A stretch of 63,405 nucleotides of DNA, counting the filler, from Lenisia limosa (taxonomy: Eukaryota; Protista; Breviatea): NCBI GenBank assembly GCA_001655205.1. It is 16 parts of 16 records of this genome, joined end to end, with 100 filler letters (N's around TTAATTAATTAA, not from the genome) between each part and the next. Parts side by side here need not be neighbours in the genome. Positions count along the whole stretch, not along the records: positions 20,373 to 27,885 come from LPNZ01002363.1; positions 27,986 to 29,516 come from LPNZ01005634.1; positions 29,617 to 31,328 come from LPNZ01010129.1; positions 31,429 to 32,631 come from LPNZ01007169.1; positions 32,732 to 34,297 come from LPNZ01000581.1; positions 34,398 to 45,214 come from LPNZ01011688.1; 10 more parts are not named here. One strand, given 5' to 3'. Of this stretch, positions 23,301 through 35,370 are shown piece by piece. A program made the position numbers and the translations under genes. Numbering within the stretch: the first letter of the stretch is position 1; every line of letters starts with the position of its first letter. The notes beneath the pieces are model-generated. The model was given only the letters and a program-made list of their open reading frames with translations. It ran no database searches and had not been told where the DNA came from.

Positions 23301-26300
23301 CACCTTCTCCCGACACCCCGGGTTTGTATTTACGCCACTATTTCCCTCGTTTTACTCCCTCCACCTATCATCGCAATCAAGGGACGCTGGGAGAACTTCC
23401 TGCAAAACACCCCGCTGAGAAGCGTGGCCTAGAGGAGGGTGAAAATTGTGGTCATAGAGATATATAAATGAGACAGCAATTGTGTCATAGAGATAGATAA
23501 ATGAAAAACTGCAGCGGTTAAATGTTATTCATTTTAATTATTCCTGCATCACTGGTTACTGAGAAGCGTAAATTGAGGTCGTTGTATATAGATTGAGACA
23601 GGCCTTCACTTCAGTTCGAAAAAGATGGATAAAATATCGATATTTATCGAAAATTGATCGAAAAATTCAGTCTTTTTAAAACCAAAGTGAAGTCTAGATA
23701 GAGATGAGAAAGAAAGCTGTGTGCACAGAGTTGACAGGTAAATGATTGGGTGGGGGCACGCAAGGAGAGGAGGTACATGTCCTTTGTATATTCAAGTATA
23801 ACCTCATCACCTCCAAAACTTCAGCAGCTTCTTCAATAACAATGAGATGCGGGTCAAAGGCATCGAGAAGAGCGGGTCGATAGGATGCACTGGAATAGTC
23901 AATGATGATGATTATTGTGATTGTGGTGTTAATGATGATGATGATGTTGGTGATAATGATGATGATGGTGGTGATAATGATGTTGTTATTGTTGTTATGG
24001 TCTCTAATGGTGGTGTTCATAATGTGATGAATATGATGGGATGATGGTGGTTATGATGGTTATGCTGATAATGATGGTGATGATCCTGACTCGAATCGGC
24101 TCACGGTAATTCACCACCAGTAGATAGAGAGTTAACCCCACAAACTCCCAAACAAATCACTAACCACTGTTAACCACTCCCAAACAAACAAACCACCTGT
24201 ACCAAACTCCGAAAATAATACAAGGCAAACCTCCCGACGGTCATGCCTATTACACGAACGGAGTTTTTTAAGGCGGCTCCTTTGGCTGAATGCTGACCTT
24301 TTTTGAACATCTGCGAAATATGAAGATATGCATATGATATGATATAGATTAAAACAGAAATGAAACAAAAAAAACCCCAAGGTATTGATACTGTGTCCCC
24401 ACAGATACGCCCAAATCACTCACTGCAAACCTTGATAGCCTTCCCCAGTGAGTGGCAGTCCTTCAAAAAGGAGTCGCTGAGATAGTTAAATTAGAAATGT
24501 AATAAAAAACACTCCTTCTCCAAAACCAACATCTTAAATTCCAGCTCCATTGTTCACACAAACAGACACTCAATATCACAATGAAGAGCCCAAGCTATCT
24601 ACAACAAGAAAAAAAATAACAAGGTTGTAACTGCTGAAGCCGTCCACACCATAACACATACAAGAGATTCCGTGTCACCTTACCACAGTATCACATAGTA
24701 GGAAGTTAGAATATTTGTGTGCAATAACAAGAAGAATAAAACAGTACTATGTCACCACACTGCTGGGTGTTTGTCTAAGGTAATAGCTAAAACGGGGCCT
24801 TAATAAATTGGATTCCTTATTGCTAGCTTTCCTGGTCAGATCTCTCTGAGATCCGGACCAAAGCCTCCATAGAGCCCTTTCATGTATTAATACAGTTGTT
24901 AGACATAAACACATTAGGTGGCACAAAGGGTCTGCGGAGGGAGAGGTGCCGACAATGGGTTTAGAGGTTTTCTGTAAAAAGAGGGTTTCACTTTAATACA
25001 AGTGAACTGAACTTGAAATATTCTCTCTAATTCTTCATAGAATCCTGATAGAATCAGGTAGAATAATGATAGAATATGGTCAGCTGACCATTTTATGATT
25101 AACCATTTTTTTGGATATGATTGTTCTTTGTTTGTGGGTGTCATTTTCTCACCCCTTAGTAAGTAATAAGGAGGAATTGAGACATTGACACCCGAGGTTG
25201 TTTGTTCAATATTTTCTTTAGACAAAGTGGGGCACCCAGCAGTGGTGATGTATTCTACGACACCGTGCAATTGATATTTTTGAATCAACTAATTGCAAAA
25301 ATTGAAATTTAAGTGAGTTCATATTACACTTCAAATTTTGCATTAATTTTCCAATTAGTTGAACGGAGGCTTAGATTATTTCCCGTTTATTTTGTTTCAC
25401 TAGTTTATTTGTATTTTTCTTTCTGTCACAATCGGACTAGTTACCCCCCCCCCCATTTGCTTACTAGGTAGGTTTGTGTTTGTGGTGTTTCGCTGCTAAT
25501 TTCGACGGATGAATAAAGGTACCATCCTTGAAGGATGATAATTGCTTTTATTAATCCATAAAAACAATAAAGATGACAGAAGATAAAAGCCCCACCACAG
25601 CCAACCTTCACAGTCTCAATATAAATATCTTGCTTTGAATTCTACAAAGTAAAAAAACACTAAGAAGGGCTTGGATCAAATTATGGCTGTGCTGAAAGTA
25701 TTGTCACACATGTAGGGCTTCACTTTGGTTCAAAAAAGACCGGTAAAATAGCGATAATTTTCGAGGATTTATCGAGTCTTTTTTCGAACCGAAGTGAAAC
25801 ACTAACGGGGGAGGGGGGGGTTGCAGGGTGCAAGGTGAGAATAGGGCTTCACTTCGTTTCGAAAAAATTCGGGAAAATATCGATAGTGAAATTCAGTCTT
25901 TTTTCGAACCGAAGTGAAGGCCTAGTAAGAATATGATATATTGTTGTCTTTTTTAATGACGCTTTTTGCAGATACGGACTATGAAGCACACGGCTGTATA
26001 TTAATAGTATTTCTTATGGTTATTCTGCCTATGAATTTTTTTTTTGCACAAAACGCTCATTTCTTGAGTGCCAAGATATACAGTTAATGAAAACAAACAT
26101 TTGGTGATCCAGGAAAAGTACTACATGGTTAGAATGAATCCTTCTTTTAACCCATATTACCACAAAAGCGCTATTTTGCCTTTCAAAAGGCTTTACTATT
26201 AGAACTAATACTAACATATAGTATTTCAGCAAACCCTTTCCAAAGCCTTTGCGAGAAGGTAACTTGATTGCTCAGTCTGAAGTGTGGTTAGGAGCATGGA

Positions 26301-27521
26301 GACATTTTAGTTGCAAATAAATCAGAAATATGTATCGAAATGAGAAAATAAACAAAACACCAAAATATTTAAGCAGCCTTTCCCATCCCACCACTAAATG
26401 GATCAAGATACGGACGTCTTTGGCTTTGATAAGGGGAATATTCATTGACGTTACTGTTGAAGTGAAACATATATAGAGAAAAAAACAATGGGCAACCTTC
26501 GCTCCAAAAAGACAGGTAAAATAATGATATTTAGCGAGGATTCATCGAGGATTTATCGAAATTATGAAAAACATCATGAGTGCAAGATGGTTCTTTGGGG
26601 TGTTGAGAAATAGCTCTGGGGGAGGTTGAAGGGAAATAGGAGGTGGGGGTGGGGATAATGGAGTGAGGNNNNNNNNNNNNNNNNNNNNNNNNNNNNNNNN
26701 NNNNNNNNNNNNNNTAAGCAAGTGGTAGCACCACTTGATGTTAAAAATCAGTGTTGAGCATCTTGTTTTTCATTTCTAAAAAAACACTTTATGGTTACAT
26801 ATCCTTAATTATCGAGGATTTATCAAGGATTTAACGAGGATTGATTGAGCAAAACAACAAAAGCCCAAAAATGAACCTAATGAAGCCTATATATTTGCCC
26901 ACATTTTACTGGGGTCAGGGCGGTCCAGTCCTTCTCAAGCTCAATTCCAGCATCGCCTGGTTGGGATCCTAATCGGAGAACTTCGGAGGGATCTGTAATC
27001 ATAAACGAACAATGGTTCTATATGGGCTTCACTTCGGTTCGAAAAAGTCTGGTGAAATATCAATAGTTGTTTTCGAGGATTTATAGAAATTCAGTCATTA
27101 TTTGAACCAAAGTGAAGCTCTTCTATAGTATTTCTATTGAAACAAAAATCATAAAGAATCTTGTTCTGATCTACAAATGTGCATAATTCTCAGGTCTCCG
27201 GTCCTTTAACCACCTAGATGCTCCATAAAGACTATGCCTTTGAGCATATTGTCGAGGGAGGTGTTCTACATACTGTTAGCGCATAAAAATATAGATATTA
27301 TGTATATTACATGAGAGTGATGGAATGTTAGTGTTATTCATATCAATGGGAAATAAAAAAGATTGTATCTGGCCAAAGCCGTCCACATCATCAACCTCCA
27401 ATATACAGTATGATCTGTTTGGAATGCCTTGAACCCACCTTATAGGCCATAACCGCCACTCGAGCTTTTGGGGCTAATTCGGTGGTGAAGTCGACAATGT
27501 GCTGTGAAAGCCATGTTTTGC
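20373..27521 (-). CDS. ZNFX1: Partial multi-exon ZNFX1-like (UPF1-family SF1) helicase
   Basis: Exon peptides in order: GKTWLSQHIVDF..VAVMAYK|NTSLDNMLKGI; EVLRLGSQPG; ALKNSVRVIGMTVG; PALLDAFDPHLIVIEEAAEVLE; FIALGDHKQLYP; SLVLHFLESGVPANNITILTPYRG. VIGMT plus EEAAEVLE are typical of ZNFX1. Confidence 0.75.
20935..21058. mobile_element. MITE family D copy
   Basis: ggtgcatcgacttgggattc...gaaatcccttgtctatgcgcc (imperfect TIRs). Confidence 0.65.
22738..22821. mobile_element. MITE subfamily A2 with a perfect 10-bp TSD
   Basis: aacaatgtgt|acggcttccc...ggaagccct|aacaatgtgt. Confidence 0.88.
22995..23090. mobile_element. MITE family A copy
   Basis: agtgcttcacttcgg...agccgaagtgaagccct. Confidence 0.85.
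23600..23695. mobile_element. MITE family A copy, 10-bp TSD (8/10)
   Basis: agattgagac|aggccttcac...gtgaagtct|agatagagat. Confidence 0.82.
23895..24085. repeat. (GAT/GGT)n microsatellite-like intronic tract
   Basis: gatgatgat/ggtgataat runs; source of spurious poly-D/I ORFs. Confidence 0.85.
25285..25365. mobile_element. AT-rich palindromic repeat, family G
   Basis: tcaactaattgcaaaaattgaaatttaagtg...cacttcaaattttgcattaattttccaattagttga. Related segments at ~51165-51265 and ~56842-56958. Confidence 0.5.
25714..25923. mobile_element. Two adjacent MITE family A copies (25714-25803, 25843-25923)
   Basis: Both have TIR pairs; the second is flanked by ggtgagaat/agtaagaat. Confidence 0.85.
27023..27121. 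mobile_element. MITE family A copy abutting a family H motif
   Basis: tgggcttcacttcgg...accaaagtgaagctct, then tatagtatttctattgaaac. Confidence 0.8.
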
Positions 27522-28179
27522 CTTGTGATATAAAAGGGACTGTTTGGCCAAAGTGAAACTAAAAAGAGCAGACAGGAGTACTATCAAAAATAGAGTGAGT
27601 TGACGAGATGTTCAGAGCCAGATAGCATCATATTGATAATAGTGTTACAGTATGAAGCCTTCCACCTGATCACGTATACGAGAGATAAAGATGAGAGTTT
27701 CAGACTTAATATGTCCCCACCATCACATTAGATGTATTTGGACGAAGCCGTCCACACCATCACATTGATAATGGACACTGATGAGAGAACAGCGGTAAAA
27801 AGAGTGGTTTTGGCACCACAGTCAAAAATTATTAAAAGATGGTGTGAGAGGTAAGAGGTGAGACTAATTATTAAAGGGAGGGGGGNNNNNNNNNNNNNNN
27901 NNNNNNNNNNNNNNNNNNNNNNNNNNNNNTTAATTAATTAANNNNNNNNNNNNNNNNNNNNNNNNNNNNNNNNNNNNNNNNNNNNCGAAAAAAAGACTGA
28001 ATGTCTCGATAAATCCTCGAAAACTATCGATAATTTACTGGCTTTTTTGAACCGAAGTGAAACCCTAGATATATTATATGGGGGGTGAGGTCTCCCAATG
28101 CATTTTCTTGTTTTCCTAGATTTCTCATGTATTTTATTTCTCTTGTTGAAAAAGGAATTGAATTGAGTTCACCCCATAG

Positions 28180-29117
28180 CGCCGGACCTTTCCCTTCAGA
28201 ACAAATTGGGTGCCACAGCACTTCACACCGCTGCTCTTGACAGTATGCCCGGGAATTATGTTCATGACACTGCTGCTCTTGACAGTGGAATTATGTTCCT
28301 GTTTGTGATGGCTATTGTTAAATATGATGATAATGTTTGTTTGTTGTTGTTGATAATGATGATGGTGATATTTATTAGTGATGATGATGGTGGTGGTGAT
28401 AATGATGATAGTGGTGATAATGATGATGGTAATGATGATGATATGATGATGATATGATGATGATATGATGATGATAATGATGAAATGGTTATGATGATGA
28501 TGATGTATTTTGTTTCCCCATTTAAAGACTTTTTTTGCTTTGTTGTTATCATCCCTCGTGTGTTGTCAGCCANNNNNNNNNNNNNNNNNNNNNNNNNNNN
28601 NNNNNNNNNNNNNNNNNNNNNNNNNNNNNNNNNNNNNNNNNNNNNNNNNNNNNNNNNNNNNNNNNNNNNNNNNNNNNNNNNNNNNNNNNNNNNNNNNNNN
28701 NNNNNNNNNNNNNNNNNNNNNNNNNNNNNNNNNNNNNNNNNNNNNNNNNNNNNNNAGAAATTTTACAGAGGAGTATTGGAAATTTATTCATACACGCAGA
28801 AAGCCAAGTGCAAAGAGTTGAAAGGCAAATGATTGGGTTGATTGATAATATAATACTGTCATCCAATGTCTCGTATTAACGTGATGGTGTGGACGGCTTC
28901 GGCCAGGTATAACCTTGTTTTATTTCTAATTTTACAAATAGCCACCAGTACACATATTATAACTTACCCACTCGCCAACAAAGTTGATTTCAGGCTTTTT
29001 TTTGTTTCATAAATTATCCAATTTTACTCCCCAGGGATAGACATGACCATATGTGACGGCGGCGGGTGGCCTGCCCTCTTTATTGCGGTGGCGCACGGCA
29101 AACGTGAGGCTGCCCAG
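28180..29117 (+). CDS. Partial ankyrin-repeat protein
   Basis: Exon 28180-28242 PDLSLQNKLGATALHTAALD; exon 29035-29117 GIDMTICDGGGWPALFIAVAHGKREAAQ. Both bounded by AG/GT. Confidence 0.75.
28325..28505. repeat. (GAT)n intronic tract
   Basis: Long gatgat/gataat runs. Confidence 0.85.
28978..29034 (+). repeat. Family E 3' half, ending at the acceptor AG
   Basis: aaagttgatttcaggc-T-run-gtttcataaattatccaattttactccccAG, then the ankyrin exon. Confidence 0.8.
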
Positions 29118-29185
29118 GTGGGGGGGGGCATTCTAGGATCTCTATGATCCTAGTTTCAATAGAGACTTTACTGCAAAATAATTCT

Positions 29186-29286
29186 AAGGCTTCACTTCGT
29201 TTCAAACAAAAGGACTGAATTTCTCGATAAATCCTCGATAGCTATCGATATTTTATCCGTCTTTTTTTGAACCGAAGTGAAGGCCT
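29186..29286. mobile_element. MITE family A copy
   Basis: aaggcttcacttcg...accgaagtgaaggcct; a family H motif lies just upstream (29135-29172). Confidence 0.85.
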
Positions 29287-29414
29287 ATGTATAATATGCA
29301 ATAAAATGCAGTATGTGTGCTAATACAGGGTGGGGGGAGGGGATACAAAAAGGTGGGGTTACTTATGAAAAAGACATGATTTTTCCCAAAAAAAACTGAA
29401 ATGCGGTGCTACAG

Positions 29415-29516
29415 AAGCGACTGGCCTGGCTTTGTTTTGTTGTTTCAATCCTGTGTATTTTCAGCCGAGTTGATTTTGGGCTGTTTCAAGAATTGTCCAA
29501 TTTTACCCCCCCCCCC
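29415..29516 (+). repeat. Family E full-length copy
   Basis: gaagcgactggcctggctttgttttgttgtttcaatcctgtgtattttcagccgagttgattttgggc...ccaattttac-C-run, then a gap. Confidence 0.8.
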
Positions 29517-29759
29517 NNNNNNNNNNNNNNNNNNNNNNNNNNNNNNNNNNNNNNNNNNNNTTAATTAATTAANNNNNNNNNNNNNNNNNNNNNNNNNNNN
29601 NNNNNNNNNNNNNNNNAAGTGTGTGATCATTGTGGTGCCATGTGTGAATAATCCCGAGGGGGGGGGGGTAGCACACCATTCTATGATATGATATGTATAA
29701 TACTACTATGACAAAATACACTTACAATATGATATCACCCGGCACACACATAACCAACA

Positions 29760-30820
29760 AACTACCCCCGCCGCTGCTGTCGCCCCGCCCTCCCTGCCCC
29801 ACATCAGTCCTATCAGCCTTGTCGTCAATCGACTGCTTGTATTCTTCCACTCTCTGTCGGGCCTGAAGGGATTAGAGAAAAGGGTAACTTTATTAAACAC
29901 AAATAGGAACAAAGAAACGCGTGAATTGATAGTATCATACTCAGTATGACACCATTGACTTAAGATGGAGCACAGCATCCTTATCAAGAGTTATCGTGAT
30001 CAGTGTATGAATATATGACATTCAATATACTATATCTCATAACCGAGATAACTCCTGACCTATTTGCTATGTGATTTCTCAAGGTAAATAGGTCATATAT
30101 ACTATATGTATTAAAAGCGTGACAATATGGTCGTCCTTTTCACTCTCCCCTCGATAGTTTTCGAGGGTTATCGAGAAAGTCACTCTTATTTGAAACGAAG
30201 TGAAGCCCCCCCCCCTCAAAAAAAAAAAAAAAAAAAAAAANNNNNNNNNNNNNNNNNNNNNNNNNNNNNNNNNNNNNNNNNNNNNNNNNNNNNNNNNNNN
30301 NNNNNNNNNNNNNNNNNNNNNNNNNNNNNNNNNNNNNNNNNNNNTACCCCCTTCCCCTAAAGACATTAAAACTATCAATCTGATATATCCAGAGATTTGT
30401 CGAAACCGAAGTGATATATTTTTCCTCCTAGATTACTTGCATATTATTTCTCTTGTTCAAAAAAAAAACGAAGTGTGAGGTCCCTCTTACAGCGGTTAGA
30501 GCTGTGTCAATGCTGGCTTCAATTGTATTTCTCGTGGGCTGGGAAGGTTAATAATGGGGTATGTAATATATTGATACGGGAGGGAGGAGGTGTAATATAG
30601 GGGGATGATGAATAGGATGATGATGATGATGAAGTCCTGAAAGTATTATGAGACTGTATCTTGAACAGTAGTATAGCTGTGATACACATCTTTATGATAT
30701 ATATCCTCTGTACTACTTTGACCTACCCCCACCCTATCCTCGATATCTTGCGCCACGGCAGCGCGAAGACTATGGAGGGAATTTTGAAGGTCCCGAAGTC
30801 CTTCAGAAACCGCCTGAGGG
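29760..30820 (-). CDS. Partial gene, coiled-coil-like exons, unknown product
   Basis: AVSEGLRDLQNSLHSLRAAVAQDIEDR (after a C-run and AG) and ARQRVEEYKQSIDDKADRTD. Confidence 0.35.
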
Positions 30821-32426
30821 GGGGGGGGGGGGNNNNNNNNNNNNNNNNNNNNNNNNNNNNNNNNNNNNNNNNNNNNNNNNNNNNNNNNNNNNNNNNNNNN
30901 NNNNNNNNNNNNNNNNNNNNNNNNNNNNNNNNNNNNNNNNNNNNNNNNNNNNNNNNNNNNNNNNNNNNNNNNNNNNNNNNNNNNNNNCACGAGTCAGTTT
31001 TGCCAACAAATTTGATTCTTGTTTCAAATCACTTTTTGGGTTATTGTCAAACGTGAGAACTATTATTTTCCACGCAGTGATATGATTCCTCATATCCACA
31101 CGTATGATAATTGACCAACAAGTCTCAATGACACTCTGATACACTTGGGATGAACACTCGTGTTATCTTCAACTTGAAAGTTGGTCATAGGATCACATCA
31201 TGGGGTACCATACATTTTCCAATTTTACCCCCCCCCCCTCCATCATTAGTCATTCCTATGCCTGTACTCGGGGGATATGGGCTTTGGTTTCACTCTGCTT
31301 TGATTGAACTGCAATTGTATTTATCTAGNNNNNNNNNNNNNNNNNNNNNNNNNNNNNNNNNNNNNNNNNNNNTTAATTAATTAANNNNNNNNNNNNNNNN
31401 NNNNNNNNNNNNNNNNNNNNNNNNNNNNTTCGTTTCCTTCGAATAGAAAATCGGTCAAGACTTATATCGTCACTGTATACGGTTGGGGACAGAATATACA
31501 CCGCCCAAGGAGTACAACGTATTTATCAATTTGTACACACATATACTCACACCACAAATACAAACACTCCAGATTTAAAATATTGTTTACACAACAATTA
31601 ACTATGATCTTCCCTCACCACCCAAGACAACGCGCATTTGCCTTAAGAGGCCTGGGTGAAGTTGGCCGCAGGAACTCTATTATGTCCGAAGATGTCTTGC
31701 CTGTGGGGGGATGGGGGTAGACTATCTTTTCATATTTTAACAATGATAAACCGAAATGATGATAATAACAATGATAAACCGAAATGATAATAAAAAGAAT
31801 GATGAATGATGATGTCAAAACCAAAAATGATGGTAATAGTAATGATTGTGATATCAGCTAACAATTGCAGTCTTTGAAGATGTGCTTGGCTGAAAAAAAT
31901 AATGAAATAATGAATATTTATATACAGTATTATATACGTATAATTCAAAAGCAGCTAACTATTTTAGACTTTGAAGTTGTGCGTGGCTGAAACCAGTGAT
32001 GTTGTGCGTGCTGCCGCCGCCATTGCTCTGGGTTTGCGGGGGGGGGGGNNNNNNNNNNNNNNNNNNNNNNNNNNNNNNNTAGGAGAGGATATAATTTAGG
32101 GATAACCATTCATGGGATTTCATCAGGTATTTTTTGGAGCATTTATAAGATAAGTTAATTATTTAATATTAAAAATATCTCGTAAAAGTGATGGTGTGGA
32201 CCGCTTCTGCCAGATATAACCTTCTTTTTTTCATCGCTGCAAGTTTATTCGTTCATATAATGTAATTAGGATATCATTCAGCTTTCTCATATCTAGGGTG
32301 TCCCTATAATCCCAAATAAAACAGTAAAAAATCCAGATTACTCTCAAATTACCGGGAAAATTCAGTCATTATTGAGACAGTAGGAAATCCCCGATCCCAA
32401 TCCGTAATTCAATAGGATTTCGAATT

Positions 32427-32525
32427 GGGGCTTCACTTCGGTTTAAAAAAAAGAATGGATTCTCGACAAATCCCCGATAATAATCTATAGTTACCGTTTT
32501 TGTTTTCAAATCGAAGTGAAGCCCT
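32427..32525. mobile_element. MITE family A copy
   Basis: atttcgaatt|ggggcttcac...gtgaagccct|gtttctaata (7/10). Confidence 0.82.
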
Positions 32526-32874
32526 GTTTCTAATAAGATTCTAGGTGACGTTTGTATTGGAAGAATGGATGATGTGCTTCCGCTACTCCTTGAAGAAACC
32601 ACCCTTCCCTACACCAAGGTAAGCTGGAGTANNNNNNNNNNNNNNNNNNNNNNNNNNNNNNNNNNNNNNNNNNNNTTAATTAATTAANNNNNNNNNNNNN
32701 NNNNNNNNNNNNNNNNNNNNNNNNNNNNNNNAATTAAACCAGCAAAATAGTTCAACCACCACCCACCCTTCCAGGGCTTTGAGGGAGTTCTTTAAGGACT
32801 CGACCAACATGGGGGGTACAGTAACTTCATCGCCACCTGGCATGCTACAGGAGGCAGGCGGCAGTCCAGCGTTA

Positions 32875-34000
32875 TTTCCCTAAACAATCAGTGATGTACT
32901 TCGCGCCGAGACAAGCCCCCTTTTCTCTCCCTACGGTGCTCCCTCCTCCACCACCAGTGTTGGTGAGAAGACCTAAATAGTGAAGAAAAAGGTCAATTGA
33001 AGACGCGAAAGCAAAGCCTTGGCTACCCACCCATAGACTCGAGCCTGAGAACAAGGTTCATAGCTGCATCATTGCGAGCGGCTTTCTTCATTGTAAGATA
33101 TCACAAATGCCTTACCTCTGATGGTCCTTGACCCAATCCTCTAATTTCTTCATGTTTTGGAGAGATGACGATGCACATACTCTGAAAGACGCCCCCTAAA
33201 AAAATGAGACCATCATTAGGAGTTGACAAGGTCATGAGCCCACTGTTTCGTCTGACTTGGTAGTCCGGCTTGGCCTTAGTTGGAGATCCCATGGAGTACT
33301 GTGTCAGGGCTGACTTTCCTGTCTTGGGATACATGAGAAACTGCCAGTTGTTTTAGGCTGTTTGACATACAAAAAACAAAAGAAAAACTGATTCTTGAGA
33401 ATCTCGAAAATATAAGAAAAAAAGCACAAAGAAAAGAAAAGAAAAGCAGAACCAAGTAAAAGCTGTGACACACGGCAACCTACCGAGACAGTCCAGCCAC
33501 CAGGGTATTTCTTCTCACCCGGTTGGGCTTTTGAGTTGCCAACAGGTGCAACACTCTGAAGATGTTATAATGGACGATTGAAGAATCCTTCCAACCTGGT
33601 CAATCAGACCCTTCATTTTGAGGGTACCCAAAACTTTCACGTACTCGCCGCTTGAAATCAGTTTGACCATGGCCACTCGAGAACTGATTTGTCAAAGGTG
33701 TACAATTATGCCAATCCCTCATAAAAACATACCAATCCTTCATTGCGTCTGTTTCGTTTCTTTTGATTGAACCAAAGACTTCTGCATATTTTCCATCAAG
33801 GAGGGGCACCATCGTCTTGGCCTAAACTATCACACAAAGAAATGATAAACGGCTATGGCTTTAGGTATCCCCCAAACCTGGCACTTCATCTGATTTGTAT
33901 TGTGGTCTTTTGTGTGATTATACTGAAATATGGCCTTGCTCTTTCCAATGGTGGCACGAAGGCAGTAATTGAGGTAACTAGCATGTTGATCTCCATCTGC
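32875..34000 (-). pseudogene. Short-intron gene or pseudogene of unknown family
   Basis: Spliceable open segments (VPLLDGKYAEVFGSIKRNETDAMKD|CSRVAMVKLISSGEYVKVLGTLKMKGLIDQ|...) separated by ~30-60-nt GT-AG introns. Frame problems near 33200; ends GAKYITDCLGK*. Confidence 0.3.
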
Positions 34001-34526
34001 AGGAACAGAGACTGTTGTTGTCCCAAACGGAACCTTTCTACCCTTGGATTTGCTTCTAGCCATTATATCCCGGCAAAGGAACGCTTGACAAGCAAAAAGG
34101 GGAGAGTTTTTGAGAAAACTTCAAGTTAATACAGAAACCCGGCCGCGACCGCTTGATAGTCAGTTCACAAATAAAAATAATTAGCTCTTAGACTTGAAAT
34201 ACAACTTGAATACAGTGAATAAGACAAAAGAATATAAAATAATAATAATAAGATAAGAATTTTGAGAATTGATTTGTTGATGATATGATCTGAACACNNN
34301 NNNNNNNNNNNNNNNNNNNNNNNNNNNNNNNNNNNNNNNNNTTAATTAATTAANNNNNNNNNNNNNNNNNNNNNNNNNNNNNNNNNNNNNNNNNNNNGCC
34401 TACCGCCGCAAGCCCAAGGCCGTCCAGCATATGACCTTAGTCGGTACAATCTTGTGAGAGGGGAATAGCATTTTATGGAAAATTCTGATTTTTGCTTGTG
34501 TCATAATCTGTGTTTGTCCTCTACCA

Positions 34527-34636
34527 GCGGCGTTCCGGTTCCCCCCCTACCATCATCATTGCCAACAAGACCATCTCTGAAAAGGAGAAGTAGAAGATCC
34601 GCTCCTACGGCGCTACTGTTATGAGCTCCCCCAAGG
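34527..34636 (+). pseudogene. PLP-dependent fold-type II enzyme fragment (cysteine synthase/Thr dehydratase-like)
   Basis: TIIIANKTISEKEK*KIRSYGATVMSSPK resembles IIVMPETMS.EK...LRAYGAEV; in-frame TAG. Confidence 0.5.
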
Positions 34637-34984
34637 GTTGGCAAGTATAGGGGATTGGGGGTTACAAGATTAAAAATGATATCATCACCAAATATATTTC
34701 TTAGGAACCTCCTTTGTTATCTTTTCTGAGAAATATGAATAAAGTTTCACTTTTGATTATAAGAGAGAATATCAATGTTATTGAGGTTTTTTTTAGGAAT
34801 GAAAGTGCCTTTGTTATAACAAAGTAGATTGTTGAGACCTTTACTGCCTGAGTCTTCGATGTCTTCGTCCCCTACGTTAGCAAGTGTCTCCAGAAGTACT
34901 CCATCCCCGACGAATTCTGGGCCCTCCTCCTGCTTCTGGATAACAAGATCTTTGCTTTTCTCCTCCCCTCCCACACCTCCCATG

Positions 34985-35370
34985 CCTCACAGCCTCTTGC
35001 CCGCATGACTTTTGGTGTCTTGAAGGCTGGTGTTTGTGGCTGCCTCTCCTCCAAGGTGTCCAAGTTCTTCTCTAAGGGCATGACCAAGGCTGCTGTCGAC
35101 ATCGACACTGACACTGCTGAGTCTCTCCGGCTGCGTGCCACTGAGGCAGTCTTGAGTGCCATTATCACCGCCACCACTCCCGTCCTCACCGGTAAGGCTT
35201 TCTACCCTGCCGGCATCAACTCCATCGATGACAAGATCAAGCTGAACCCCTGAGCTCTCGCTAAGCACTTCTTTGATCCCCAAGAAGAGCTCTTCACTAT
35301 TGGTCTCTACACCTCCAGTAACGACTTTCCCCTGGCTGGAACGCCAGTGTCATTGTTGCGGCACCGGTAT
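34985..35370 (+). pseudogene. Unrecognised coding-like segment with an internal TGA
   Basis: GC-richer, codon-like ORF 35005-35253 that continues in frame past TGA (NP*ALAKHFFDPQEELF). Confidence 0.3.

Noticed and set aside
23694-24044. Poly-Ile/Asp/Asn ORFs (also 13268-13561, 28206-28552, 31615-31948)
   Set aside because: They are translations of intronic GAT/CAT microsatellites. Only the embedded helicase exon (PALLDAF..EEAAEVLE) is real.
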